A stretch of 63,831 bases of DNA, the filler included, from Folioceros fuciformis (taxonomy: Eukaryota): assembly GCA_049999805.1 (NCBI GenBank). It is 4 parts of 3 records of this genome, joined end to end, with 100 filler letters (N's around TTAATTAATTAA, not from the genome) between each part and the next. Parts side by side here need not be neighbours in the genome. Positions count along the whole stretch, not along the records: positions 29,614 to 48,836 come from JBNGIO010006356.1; positions 48,937 to 60,348 come from JBNGIO010006371.1; 2 more parts are not named here. One strand, given 5' to 3'. The position numbers and the translations under genes are program-made. The notes beneath the pieces are model-generated. The model worked only from the letters and a program-made list of their open reading frames with translations, did not search any database and was not told the origin of the DNA. This document shows, in pieces, positions 38,045 through 51,751 of this stretch (the first letter of the stretch is position 1; each line of letters starts with the position of its first letter).

Positions 38045-38845
38045 ATGTTGAATCACAAGAAAATAGATTGGTATTTGGTCATTGTGTTGATGCTAAGGAT
38101 AATAGCAAAATGTGAGAGCAAGTATTCAGATAGCAATTCAGTAATGCAGCCTTGTATTCCAACACCAGCTCTAAAGTTGGGAGATGCAATCACAATTGGA
38201 GTATTGCTAGGGGCAGATGAAGCTGCAAGTTGGTACAATTCATCTAGATTGGATTATGGTCAAATGGACCCTTGCAGTAGGAAGTTTCATTCAGCAGTAT
38301 CTCCAATCAAGCTTGCAATCTTTAGGCCAAAATTAGATGCACTTACAATGTTCCATGTAAATAATCAAAGTATCAAAGACCTAATGTCAGCAAACTCCAA
38401 TGTTTTGAGTGTAATGGTGTACGCTTCATCAACATTGACCAATGCCACTCTGTTTTCAATTCCAAGATACTTTTCTACTTCTTATGGTAGGGTAGGGGGT
38501 TTAACCCTTGTAGCCATTTTTAAAGAAGGCTTGTTGAGTGGATTTGAATGGCAGAATCAAAATTGTGCTGCTTGTGGGCAAAGCATTTCAGAATGCGTGG
38601 AAGGCAGTTGTGTTACCCTCCATAGCGCATGTAGCCTTCCTGAAAATTCTCAAGCTTGCAGCTTTGCCATAAATCTTGCATTCTCAGGATCAGACCGAAA
38701 GAAGGTGGTGTTACAAACTTGGTATCAAGTGAGCCAAATAAATAGGTTCTCCCTCTCCGGTGTGTATAGCTCCTTGAAACAAAAGATCAACAACGAATTT
38801 GGCAGCACAGATACAGGGACAGAAGATGCATATCTAGGCGGCTAG
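38045..38845 (+). CDS. Secreted cysteine-rich plant protein, Expp1-like family; intronless and AT-rich
   Basis: Signal-peptide-like N-terminus, then LAIFRPKLD, LTLVAIFKEGLL..FEW...CAAC, CSFAINLAFSGSD and LQTWYQVSQINRFSLSGVYSSLK. Confidence 0.7.
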   Translation: MLNHKKIDWYLVIVLMLRIIAKCESKYSDSNSVMQPCIPTPALKLGDAITIGVLLGADEAASWYNSSRLDYGQMDPCSRKFHSAVSPIKLAIFRPKLDALTMFHVNNQSIKDLMSANSNVLSVMVYASSTLTNATLFSIPRYFSTSYGRVGGLTLVAIFKEGLLSGFEWQNQNCAACGQSISECVEGSCVTLHSACSLPENSQACSFAINLAFSGSDRKKVVLQTWYQVSQINRFSLSGVYSSLKQKINNEFGSTDTGTEDAYLGG

Positions 38846-40684
38846 GAGATAGGATTCGCTTGACGCTGATGTGCCCCTGGTGTGATGTATGCAAAAGAAT
38901 GAGTTTCTATAGAGAGGTAGGTAGACCTAATGGGTTGTTGAGGCATATGTGCACTCTATATTTAAGTAAAACAATATTTAAATATCGGTGTGGCCAAGGT
39001 TTAATGGTAATGGTATGAGTATGGCATAGCCAAGTGTACAGTACGAAGGTCTGATGTTGTCTGGGCGTCCGCCATCCCCGGGGGACGAAGGAGGGAGGGC
39101 CCAGGTGCGTGGGAAGAGAGAGCCTCAACATGCTGCACCTCCACCTCCTCGTGTCCCGGTATGGTTTGGTGGTTGAAGTGGGGCAGATAGTGCGGACGAG
39201 AGCCGCATGGTGGGAATCAATTCCTGACATGGAATTTGGCATAATGCGGGCATGGTATGCGGCAGTGGCAAGCATCTCTGGGTGAGCAGGGGTGGAGGTG
39301 CAGATGGGCGGAACAACTTGTTTGTGGCACACGGTTTTGTCCTGGTCACTGGTGTATAGACGCAAGAGGGCGGTGGGAGGCAGGAGGGCAGAGGCAGCTG
39401 GGTAGCAGGCAGGAGGAATATCCATGAACAGCAGAGCAGCATGGCGTAGGCGGAGGCGTAGGGTTGATGCGCGCATTTGCAATTTGTTTGAAAGGTCTTG
39501 TGCTTTTTGTGTGTGTGCGTGTGTGTGAGGGGGCAGGAGAAGGCGGTGAAGTGTTTTGTTGGGTGTGCAATTGACGACAGGCAATGCGGCGGACGGGCGG
39601 CGCTTTTTATCCCGCGAGCGGCCCTGACCCCGCGGCTACGCGCGCACACCCACTTGCCACGCACGCGACTCACGGCTCCACCGCCCTTCTAATTTGAGAC
39701 GCTTCCTTTTAACAATGTCTTGGGAGCGAGCAGGAAGCAGGGAGAGCAGGAGAAGGAGAAGGACAGGAAGGAGATGGATGCAGACAAGCGAGTCCCAGTT
39801 CGTAATCTCATTGGCTCGCGAATCGCAAGTGGCCCCGATCCGGCCAGCTGCACTCACGTTAGAAACGCTAAAAGGTCTCCTTTGTTCGCACTCGCTTCCG
39901 CTTTCACACCGACCCCTGGCCCGCTGGCCGCCTGTCCGCCCATTATGAGCCCGGTGTGCAAGTGGCCAAGTGGGGCTGGCAAGTGCCATGTGATCTCATC
40001 GTACCCGCGGGCCATCCCTGGCCGCTTTCACAAATATCGCCGGCCGCGCCCCGGAATCTGTTATCCCCGCTCCGCCCGCTCTCTCCCCCCTGGCCAGGGC
40101 GTTTCGAAACGCCGCACCGGCCACCCTGGTCCCGCCCTCGGCCTCCCCCCGCCCTGCACTCCCTCCTCACCGGCCCGGATTGCGCCTGCCCGTGACCTGT
40201 GCGGCAGTCTCATCCCGGGGCGTGTACGAGGACGGTCTGGCTCGTATGGAGTGCTGGCAGCACAAGCTGGTGGCCTCCCAGGACAGGTACACGGACACGG
40301 ACAGGAACCGGGGCCAGTGCCAGTGGCAGGACCAGGACCAGCAGCAGCTGCAGATTGTCCTCTTCTGGAGCAGGGAAGGAAGGAAGGAAAGGGCGGGGGT
40401 GGATGAGCTTGCCTACTCCAGTCTAGTCGAGTCGCCTCTGGTCTAGTGAATGAAGCAATGAACCAACCTACGATTGAATGCGCGCTGCGATCAACACCAA
40501 TTCTGTCTCAACCTCTGCACCGTCTGTAGCACACTTTTCTGCCCTTGCTGCTCTTCCTCCTCCTCCTCCTCATCAATCTGAAGCCTCTGCTGCTGCCGTT
40601 GCCGCCCTTGGTGGTGCCGGTCCTGGGGGGCGCACAGGATGCGGCGCTGCTCCCACCAGGCCCAGGCCCATGCGCTGTTCCGAT

Positions 40685-43600
40685 ATGCCGGTGCGGAGAT
40701 CAGACTATGCGCTCCTCCATCAGCTTGACGACTCACCGCACCACATCGCCTCCGCCTACTCGCCCGGGTTGCAGCTGCAGGACAAGCGGCCGCAGTCTTC
40801 CACCTTGACTCTGCTATCGACGCACCAGGATGACATCTCCTACGACTCCAACCCCTATGCGCCGTCCTCGGAGTCCGCGGCCCTCACCACCAATCCGACG
40901 CCGTCTTCGGTATCCTCCCCCTGGTCCGATCGAAGGTCTGCGCTGCCGGACAAGCCTTTCTTCTTCTGCGGCGCGGCCGTCCGGAATGCGGCCTTGCACC
41001 AGCTCGACGCGGGGGCTGCCGGGGATCAGGACATTTTGCCGTACTCGGACGCCGGCCCCTTCAAGGCCGCGCCGGTCTGGATGTCGTCCGCTGCAGGGGC
41101 GGCCGAGAGCGTCGGCAACGGCTGGAACGCTGGGGCTTTCTCCGAGCCGCTCTACAGGGACTCTAGCGGGAGCAGCATCACCGACAGCTTCCCTTCCTTG
41201 GATTCCTCTGATGTCCGAGGGGATCTTGCACCCGTCAAGTGCGACTCCACCTTCTTGGACTTCCTCTACGGCCATGCTCCGGACAAGAATGACGCAGACT
41301 CGCGGCCCCTGGAAAGCCAGGGCAGCTGGGCGCAGCAGACGGAGCAGACCTACTCTCTGCAGCTCGCTGTCGCCTTGCGCATGGTTGCTGAGGCGGAGCG
41401 TACAGAGGAGCCTTCTCTGCTTGCTGGGGTTCGCCCTTTTTCCTCCAGAAAAGGGGAATGTGTGGAGGCCACTGCTCATCGACTATGGGTAAGATTGCAC
41501 ACCTTTCCTCATCTTTGCAGGCCAGGGCAAGGTGTAACCTGTTCTGTCAGATCGCCCATGCGCCTCATACTGCTAATCCTTGCAGGTGAACGGAAGCTTG
41601 GGTTACAATGATAGGGTGGAGGATGGCTTCTACCACATCTGGGGAATGAATCCGCATGTCTGGAGCATGTGCAACGACTCGGCGAGCCAAATGCCCACTT
41701 TGGAGTCGCTGCGTGCCGTGGATCATGCCGATGCGTCCTTTGACGTCATTGTGGTTGACAAGAATTCTGATTCGCACCTTCGTGAACTGGAACGCAAGGC
41801 TCTCGACAAGTCCAAAGGCTTATCGGACTTCCGCCTGCTCGCGGAACAGCTTGGCAAGTTGGTGTGCAGTTTGCTTGGGTAAGACGAATCCACCGCCGCT
41901 TTGCGTGTGTCACAAATAGGTCATTGCTTGTGCTCTTAAGGTTCAGATCCCACCTGATACGTATCTGCCAACTTGTAAATGAAGTGGCGCAGCTCCTTGT
42001 GAAGATGGAGATTTAATACACAGATGGGAGGAGAGCAGCAGGGCTCTCAAGGAGTGTGTAAATTCTGTCGTGCTTCCGATCGGTAGCCTGTCAGTCGGCC
42101 TATGTCGGCACAGAGCCTTGCTTTTTAAGGTATCGCACGATTTTAGGATTCGGTGAACTCTATGCAACGAGGCCCTGTTCAGCAGCAGAACCTTCAGAGG
42201 CACAACACGGGCCGCCTTGCTTCTTAACTCTCTGCTCCTGGTTGTGATGAACTACTATGGTTTTTTTCTTTACAGCTGTTTCGTCCACTCTTCCTGAGCG
42301 AATGTGCTCTGTCTGCAGAGGTTAGCAGATAAGGTCAAATTGCCTTGCCGGATAGTCCGTGGGTGTAAATATTGTTGCTTGGAGGAAGGGCTGTCGTGCA
42401 ATATTCTGGGTGGGGGTGGTCTTGACAGGTCTTTGCTGCCCCTGACCTGGTTTGCGCCACATGTTTTTGGTGTAGCTCACGAGTCACTCATCTCACACCT
42501 GGGATTGATCTGTGCAGAGAATTCTACGTTGACCTGGTTGCTAGGCCTGGCCAGCTATGCGAGCCGGACTCTTCGTTGCTTGGTTGCTCATCAAGCACAG
42601 TTGCTTCACCGTTGCGCATGGCTGATTCCATAGACTCTCAAAACGAGAGATCTATGAGCAGATTCAACGGCTCTCGTGGCAGCTCTTCCTCAGACTCTAG
42701 CTCACAAGCCGTTGAAGAAGGTAAGCCAGAAACCTATTGGAGGGCGGCTCTGCTTGCCTTGCCGGAATGATGTTAGCTAGAGATGTGAGCAGAGTAGTTG
42801 GCTTTGACACTCCAAACGTTGTGCCCTCTAGCCTTTGAGGGATGTGCTACAGTTGAGCACAGTCGTTGCTTCTTCAAGATAGCTCTTTTTTCTGACTACA
42901 CCTCTGTGCACAGGAGTGAAACGACGAGCAGCCAGAATAAAGCAGTTTGAAAACTATCGGCTCTCTCCTGGCTGCTTGTGGCCAGTGCGATCTTCTGTAG
43001 CTGTTTCGAGTGCTGAAGATGGTTTAATTCAGGGCGGCTGTAGGTTACATGTCGATGTTGACAGCAGTGCGAGTCCACAGTGTAGTCATGGAGTAGGTGC
43101 AGGGGTAGTGCATGGAGCAGGATTAGACGGCCTTTATAGAAAGGAACACGGCCCCGATCCTTGTGGTTCTCCACCAGGAAATTTCATCAACGAGGGCAAG
43201 CCCTCATCAGATCAGAAGAGGGATGACCGGAAAGATGGTCAAAGGGATCCTCTGGAGAGGGTTCATGGTGTTAAGAACAACGACGAGCATTTCAACACTA
43301 CGGGTTCTGAAATCTCATTGGCAGTGGTTGAAGGCAAAGTTTTCCATGGGGTCGCAGACTATGAAATATCATGGGAGGATCTGAAGATGGGAGAGCGCGT
43401 TGGACACGGTGAGTTGTTGCCGAACAACGTCAGGTTGTACGACGCCTACTTTGTTGTGCTCGACATGTGGTATGCTGTATTCTGTACTTCCTCTGCCGTC
43501 CGGTTTAGGGATGATGAGTGCATCTTCATTGGATGTCTTTATCTGCCCCTGATCATTGGCTGCTTGTGCACGAAATCTGCAGGATCATTTGGAACTGTGC

Positions 43601-45385
43601 TTAAGGCAGATTGGCTGGGGTCGGTGAGTATTTTTCTCAGTTTTACTCATGTCTTTTGACTATGGTCCTAGGTCCATCATGCACGTGAGTTCAATTCTCA
43701 ATTCGGTGGTCATTTCTTCTAGATGGTGCTGTACATAAGTTTGATCCTTAAAAGGCCTGGGCCACCCATTGCTTGGCTAGGGTGCTAGCTAATCGCACCT
43801 TCTCTACAGTGTGTGAAGTTAAACAATGTTGCTTTTGTTTTTTATACAGGATGTAGCTGTCAAGATTTTGATCGAGCAAGATTTGGGGGAGGAGCGCCTG
43901 AAAGAGTTTTTGAGGGAGGTGTGACCCTCGAGATGCAATGTCTTACCGCCCTGTTCAGTGTTGCCAAGTCTTGCGTACTCTGTTGTTCACTGGCATGAAC
44001 TCTTTCTCGCTTTTTGAATGTCCAGGTCGCTATCTTGAAACGATTGCGCCATCCAAATGTTGTTCTGTTTATGGGTGTGATTACACAGCCTCCACATCTT
44101 TCGATAGTGACTGAGTATCTGCCCAGGTATTTTACCATATATTTTACTTTTCTCTGACTCGAGTTGTGAAACTGAGAAATGTAAAGGACTTACGACTTTT
44201 GTTTTTGGTCATGCAGAGGTAGCCTTTTTAAGATTTTGCATCGTCCTGCTTTGAGAGTTCAGTTAGATGAGAAAAAGCGAATAAGAATGGCACTTGATGT
44301 GGTACGTTCTATAGGCCGTATCTCACATTTGCCAGACCGTTCTTGTTGTCCATCGAATACTGATACAACTGTTGTCATCCAGTCAAAGGGGATGAACTAC
44401 CTGCACCGTAGTAATCCTCCAATTGTCCATCGTGATCTGAAGACTCCAAATCTGCTCGTAGACAAAAACTGGAATGTAAAGGTATTTATCTCGATTCGAT
44501 TGTTGGTTCAGAAAGCGCCTTCCGCTGATGTGGTGCCCTTGCTGGTTGGACGCTTGAAGTTTGGGTTATCCACCCGTGCACAGTAGTTATTTTCCGCGCA
44601 TCTAATGGCTTTGTATTGTCAGGTTTGCGATTTTGGTCTGTCACGATTCAAAGGGAGCACTTTCCTTTCATCCCGGTCAGGGGCTGGCACGGTGAGAGTT
44701 CCTGATGTAGTTTACTGCTGTGGGAGCGTGACCCTCTGGGCCGGACATGGTTCTTTCATCTTGCTGTGCCTAAACTTGGTCCTTCCTATTTGCTGCTCAT
44801 ATCACTGTTGGGTGACCTGATTCAGCCTGAGTGGATGGCACCTGAAGTTCTGCGGGATGAGCAATCAAATGAAAAGTGTGATGTTTATAGCTTTGGGGTG
44901 GTTTTGTGGGAGTTAGTGACATTACAAGTGCCTTGGAATGGATTAAGTCCTCCACAGGTCAGTTATTGCTGCTCCTGAATGTGACCTGAGGGCTGGTCTG
45001 CACGGTTCCACAATGCTGTGCAAGGAGAACAGGGTTAATCCTGGTTTGACTGTATGCAGGTTGTAGGTGCAGTGGGTTTTCAGGGCAGACGACTTCAAAT
45101 TCCGAATAATACAGCTCCTGAAATTGTATCACTTATTGAGTCATGCTGGCTCAGGTACTTAAGCCTTTTCTGTTGTGTGTTTTGCGGGTTTTCGAACACC
45201 TGATGTCTGTTGCATATAGAGGATGATCCGTTTTGCGGCGGGTCGTCCACATTTCGTCCAAATGCGTGTAGTCTCACATTGAAGTGTGGTTGTCCTGCAG
45301 TGATCCCAAGCAAAGGCCGTCATTTGCAAACATTATGCAGCATCTGAAGCCTCTAGAGAGAATGACAGTGGATTCTAGTTCATGA
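40685..45385 (+). CDS. CTR1: CTR1-like Raf-like MAPKKK (B3 group) with EDR1/CTR1 N-terminal domain; ~15 exons
   Basis: N-terminal [14 protein letters not shown] is a CTR1 signature. Further motifs: [70 protein letters not shown] and QVVGAVGF. Stop at 45383-45385. Confidence 0.9.
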
Positions 45386-48300
45386 GAAGTCACTGGCGCT
45401 TGTCTTGATTCTTTGAATCCTCCATATTCTTGTGCAGAAGAATTCGTTCAAGGTATGGACGGTCTCGTCATTCTCGGAACACCAAGAGCTGCACATGGGA
45501 CGTGGGTCCTCTGTCTGTCACTGTGTAGCTGTGCGGGTGTTGTTGGGGTGGTCCTTTTTTGCTGTGTCTCCGCCTGACTGTTGGTTGTGGTTGTGTAGGA
45601 GGATACGTCTAGTGTCACCACCTCTTTATGGACGCACCGCTCGCCGGCGGCTTAGGTGTACTATATGGAAGCTTAAGTGTCAGCGCACCTTGAAACATTT
45701 AGGGTGTGTCTCTGGTCAAGGCATGGCACTGCCCTCTGGAATCCATCTTCCATGCGTTGTTCCTGAGTTGTACCGCAGTGGCTGATGGTGATGTCTGACG
45801 TATGAGTGTCAGCTGAATCAGCTTTGGAGGGTGATACTCCGTTGCCCACAGCACCGGACACGTCAGAGTAGATTCAACTCTCTCCTGTTTCGCTTAGCAT
45901 TTATTGTGTCATACTGGGAAATAAATTCGAGGTTCCTGGTGAATTACCACCGACCGACACGTTGTGTCTCTCATGCTAAGGCAGGTAGTTGTGTGCATGG
46001 GCCCCCCTTGCAAGGTGAGTTGAGGGGGAAGTAGATTCTCATCACAGCAGGTAAGGCGCATGGTGCGTTTCCGGTACGGGGGCTGCAATGAGTTTGTTGG
46101 AATACGCGTCACAGATCTGGGGAATTGAGGCTGGCGTCAGGGGTTGCTGGGAAGTGACTTTTGTTCTCATCAACGCCTTCTGGAACGAGGAAGTGATCTG
46201 TGTCTCCATCATGTGCTTCTAGATGACGCTGTGCTTGGCTTTGTACGGTAATCCGACGTCGTCTCACATCAAGCCAAAGCGTTTATTGAAGCTTGTCTTA
46301 TGTCTGTCGTTGAGTTTTGCGTAGAGAAGAGGATGCAATGCTGGTTGATGGTGTTGTGTGGAAACGGTTGTGTTGTCTGCATATATTGAGTGAGGAGGCA
46401 GGAAGGTTACTACTACGCGTGTAAACGCTTTTTGCAAGATTAAAGTGAAAGAGGGGCGGGAGTTCAAGAACTGGGGCCCAAGGCGTCCCTTGCATATGTG
46501 TCCTTGCTGTTATGTCAAGTGGTTAAGCAGAATCATATGGGGTGTGTGTTTGGCAGGTGGGTTGGCTGGTGAAGCGATTCCATCATGCACGCATGCTCAA
46601 ACTGTGAGGGAGATTGACTGGCTACATATCTCAATTTGACCCATGTTTGGAGGGTCAGATTCCTTGTCCGTAAGCAAGTACCCTGGGCCCCTTTGGTCCC
46701 TCCCTTCCTCTTTCCCTGTCCCGCGGCCTGGCTACAGGCGCGGATGAGAGTCCTTTGCATGTAGTTACGGTTATAAGAGGAAGTGGTATTTTCGCACAGC
46801 ACCTCTGGCGTGGATCCGGACCCACTTGGAAGTTGTGTGCATCTGGTGCTGCTCATTTATGGGATTCGGACGGTGCTCGAAAGAGTTCCTAAGCTTGACG
46901 CAATCACGCAGAACCGGTGCGGTGGTGGTCTAATCGCAGGGACCCAGATCCAAGACGGGCGGTTACGAAGGAGGCAAGTCCCTGCCCGCGTGGCCACGGT
47001 TAAAAGTTGGGTATCGCATCCTGCATCCTGCATCCTGCATAACACGTGGTGCCGAGCCTGTAGATTCCCAAGGCCAGTCTCAGCCCCAGTTAGCTTGCGA
47101 TCTGACCAGATGATCTAACCTCGGGCATCGAGCAACGACAAAAGCTCGGAGTCCAGGCAGCGAGTGACTTCGTGCTTTCGACATTACAAGGCTTGAGCCC
47201 AGCTGCCCCAAACATTGATTACATATATGTAGACCACTGTAGAGTGTAGACCAGTCCGTGTTGGACAAGGCAGTCCTCTGGTTTGCAGCAGATTTGGAGT
47301 CCACCAGATTCAGCCTGCCGGTGGATTCTCCCACCCGGAGATAAGGACATTTGACGTCACAAAACAAGAGAAACCAGCGTGGGCGGGCCTGCTGTGAGTA
47401 TGAAGGAGTACCCACGCTGGGAACCTCCTGGTCCCCACATGTCAAAAAGGCCTAGGAAAGTGTGCCCGCTTTCTTTCCACTTCTTGCCTGCCCACTTACC
47501 ACTGTCCACCCTCTTGCCCAGCCTGCTGCCTGCTGCCACCGCTGCTTCCTGCATACATACACACAACCGGGTGTATGTATGCAGCGTGCAATCAATCTCG
47601 AGGACAGCACATTTTCAGAATCTAGTTTGGTCCGTGTCCACATTACTCAAAGGGTGAGAGTGAGGGTGTGGTGCATTATGGGCAATCCCTTGTATAGGTA
47701 TAACTTTGACTAAAGAGCAGCTCATATCCTAGTAATTCCTAGTACACTTAACTTTTCTTCTTCTCTTAATATGCATTTAAAAATGATTTTTTACTTACTT
47801 ATTAAGATTTTTATGATCAGGAATCATAAAAGTTGTGTAATAACAACTTGTGATAGCATGGACTTTAATAAAATTCTTTGAGAAATGTTCAATGTGTTTT
47901 ATATCATCCAAGTTTGAGGGAGGTTGTAGCTTGTGTATTGTTTAACTTGTACATAGGAAGTGTATTTTCTATTATTGAACAAAAGATGGAAAGTTCCATC
48001 TTCTCCAATGATTGAAGGAACAACTAAGGAGAGCCAAAAGGGGTACTAGCCCCTTTCAATATCATTCTCTAAAACTACCTATTCCTCCCAAAATGTCATT
48101 ATATGGAATAACAAACATATTTTCTATGATTGAAAAAGAGATGGAAAGTACGATCTACTCCAAAGATTGGAGGAACAACCCCATTAGTGCCAAAGGCAAA
48201 AAGAGGTACTCTCCCCTGCGAATATCATTTTCAAAATCTACCTACTGCTCCCAAAATGTGTGGAATAATGTGTGGAATGATGTGGAATAACAAAAGGCCT

Positions 48301-48399
48301 ACCTACCACCGGTGCCGAAGAAGTCGCTTGACCTGCACTTGTTGTTGTTTTAAAAATTGCATTGGCTAATGCTCGTTGCAAAGCAATGGATACACATTC

Positions 48400-48836
48400 T
48401 CGAAAGAAGGTCACCACAGAGGAAAGAGGGAGAACACCATTCCTATTGCTCTGATAAACCTTGGCGCACTCCTTGATAAACCTTGAAAATTCCTTGCCCG
48501 TAGCTCCATGAGTCTCAAGAGCAATGGGATGAAAGTATGCCCGTCTTGCAAGGGAGAATACTTATGGACTTTGGACTTTGGCACTTGCACAACCCTCTGC
48601 TGTCCAACCAGGGGGGTTGATGATGACGTGCTCACAAATAGAATCCCTAGTGGAATCCGTAACAACTACATCAGCAACACAAACCCGTTCTCCCCTAGTG
48701 AAGAAAAGGTCGGCTTTAAGTGAAACTCCATTGCGCAAAGTATATGGACGCTCCCTATACGGAAGAAACCCACACTCCCTAGCCATTGAGAACATGACAT
48801 CTCAAACTGCATCATGAGTGGCAATGCGATGTCCCC
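48400..48836 (-). mobile_element. Second copy of the RLE-type non-LTR retrotransposon 3' remnant
   Basis: HRIATHDAV*DVMFSMARECGFLPYRERPYTLRNGVSLKADLFFTRGERVCVADVVVTD is clearly homologous to 29100-29500. Confidence 0.75.
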
Positions 48837-48937
48837 NNNNNNNNNNNNNNNNNNNNNNNNNNNNNNNNNNNNNNNNNNNNTTAATTAATTAANNNNNNNN
48901 NNNNNNNNNNNNNNNNNNNNNNNNNNNNNNNNNNNNC

Positions 48938-51751
48938 ACCTCCCTCCAGTACCTCAAGTTCGGGGACGGGAACAACGAAATTTCTGGTCCTATTCCCGCC
49001 TCCTTCTGTAAGCTTGCCAACCTCCAGACGCTGAGCCTGAGCGAGGGGGACTTCGGGGGAGGCCAGAAATCCGGAGCCATCCCTTCCTGTGTCAGTGAGC
49101 TCAAGAATCTGCAGGTGCTTGAGCTGGAGTTCAACCAGTTCTCCGGCACTCTCCCCGCAGCCTTCAAGCAGCTCAAGACGCTGAAATCGTTGAAGCTCAC
49201 CGGGAACAAGTTCAGCGGCTCGCTCCCGCTCATAAACCCTGGGGAGCTTCCCGTGTTGGAGCAGCTGTACCTGGAAGGGAACAACTTCGTCAATGGCATC
49301 CCTCCCTCGTTCGGCAACCTCGTTTCCCTCAGGGAACTACGGATCGGAGGCCTGGATGACAACACTGGCACCAATACGTTCGTCAAGAGCAGCATCAAAG
49401 GTCCTATCCCCGCCGAACTCGGAAAGCTTACCAAATTGCAGGTATGGCAATTCCCACATCTAATGCTTCATTTTCACAGCTTCCGATCCGACGACAGCGC
49501 AGCACACTGCACATGCTGAAATCCATGCCTTGGTTTTATAAATGTTGCAGCTGCTCGTCATCCAAGCCACCTCCGTGTCGGGCACGATTCCTGCTGCCTT
49601 GGCGCCGTTGCCTCTCACCGATCTGAACCTAGCCAGGAACCTGCTCACCGGCTCCCTGCCTTCCAATCTCGGAGCGAACGGATTCCTTGTCAACCTCTTC
49701 GTCAATGACAACACCTTGAGCGGACAGATCCCTGCTTCTCTTGGAGGCGCCGGCAAGAAGCTTAGAACATTCTCGGCAGCAAGGAATGCCCTCTCCGGTA
49801 CCACTCTTCCATTGCTTACCATACAGTCTGTATGTGGCGGGGGGAACGTTTGGCTCGAAGGTTTTTGTTAGTGCATATGACTGAAGTTTAGTTCCTTGCT
49901 TTCTCCTTCTTGTTAGCCTGGTGGCAAGTGCCTTGACCCTGGGAGTGGCCGTGCGCAGGATCGATTCCGGACTCCCTCTCACAAGTGCATCTCGGGGAGC
50001 TAGACTTGTCATCCAACCAGCTTTCTGGACCCATTCCGACCAACCTGGGGTTCGCTATCTCCGAAGATCTCCGCAACCTGTACCTGAACAACAACCAGCT
50101 GTCAGGAGCCCTGAATCCAGCTTCCCTGTGGGGAATAAGAGAAATCAACCTGAGTCACAATAAGCTTACTAGCTTGGGCTCTGGGAGCATTTCTGACGAT
50201 GGCTCCACCGGACAGAATGTGCAAATCTTTGATGTCCACTCCAACTTGCTGGCAGGTGAGTGCTGTCTGAGAAGAGCATGCTGGTATTTGAGGATTCGGA
50301 GGTTGGGTTGGTACGTCTGCTGACAAAGTTGTATCCCACACATGAATGCGTAGGTGCTATCCCTCCGTGGGTGTTCCAGCTATACGGAACACTCAACATT
50401 GACATCTCCGACAACAAGCTCACCACGTTACCTACGATCGACGGGAACCGCCTGACAACCAGCTACATCAACATCTCTGTCAATGCCATCACAGGACCTA
50501 TTCCCAGTGCATTTACTTTGTGCCGGGATCTCAACGTCTTGGACTTGCATAGGAATCAGTTCACGGGTTCCATCCCAACAGGCTTCGGTTCAGGAGCATC
50601 CCAATTCATCAACGTCCTAAACTTCGCCGAGAATCAGCTCACAGGTCCCATCCCTTCCGACATCTTCAACGGCGCATTCACCAACGCTCTCATCTTCAAC
50701 AAGAACAAGCTTTCAGGACCCATTCCTCAGCGTCAACCCAACATCGACTTCCTCAACTATGTCGATTTCTCCGACAACGAGCTCACTGGCCCGTTCCCTG
50801 CTTCCATCGTTACTGGTGCCTTCTTTCTGCAGAAGCTTAAGCTGAGCAACAACAAGCTAACAGGGCCTATAGCCGACTTCACCAGTGCTTGCCCCAATCT
50901 TCAGAGCTTGGTTGTGGAGAACAACCTGCTGACAGGCCCGATCCTGCCTGCTGGAGTGGATTTTTCGGCGTGCACCGCCCTTAGAGTCTTCGACGTGAGC
51001 GGCAACCAATTGTCTGGATCGATTCCCTCGGCCATCACCTCGTTCACGGTAATTTCTTCCATCCTCCCCTCGCAAATGCGATTGCTTTCTCTATGTCAGC
51101 TACTAGCTGCACCAGCATGTTCGTTTGCTGGGATGACTCCTCACGCCACAAATGCGGCCTAGGAATCCTCACCACGTCCCACGTGAACTCTGTGAACTGC
51201 AGAACCTGCAAGTTCTTGATGTCAGCCGCAACGGCGTCACAGGCAGCGTCCAAGCCTTCCTCAGCAACCTGCATCTGTTGAGAATCCTCGACCTCTCGAA
51301 CAACAAGCTCACAGGTGGTGTTCCGTTCGCAACGTTGGTGGCCGGCTTCACGGCCTTGAAGACAGCAAGCAATAACGCTACAGTCTACACTGCCGCAGCC
51401 CCACTCTACACCGACGGGTTCTTCTTCCCAGAAACTACCTTCTTCATCAGGACACTGGAAGTCTTCTTCACCTCTACAAGCGCTCTGGACTTGTCAGGGA
51501 ATGGCCTCACAGGACCAATCGACCCATCGATAGGAGAACTCAAGGGACTGCACTTCTTGGACCTGTCTCACAACAAGTTCTCAGGCTCAGTGCCAGCTGC
51601 CATCGCACAGATGACAAGTCTCGACGCTCTGGACCTGTCCTACAACTTACTGACTGGCCCCATCCCATCTCAACTCAACAGCTACCCAGCTGCCGACTTC
51701 GCTGGAAACCCTGGCCTGTGCGGCGCCCCCTTGGCCACCAAATGCTCCTAG
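48938..51751 (+). CDS. Extracellular LRR receptor-like protein with island domain and no transmembrane segment (5' end lost in gap)
   Basis: More than 20 plant-specific LxxLxLxxNxLSGxIP repeats over 5 visible exons, an island region (FTALKTASNN...FFTS), four terminal LRRs, and the end FAGNPGLCGAPLATKCS*. Confidence 0.88.

Noticed and set aside
38907..40406. Long ORFs upstream of CTR1
   Set aside because: Low-complexity GC-rich promoter region with a GT microsatellite; translations are not protein-like.
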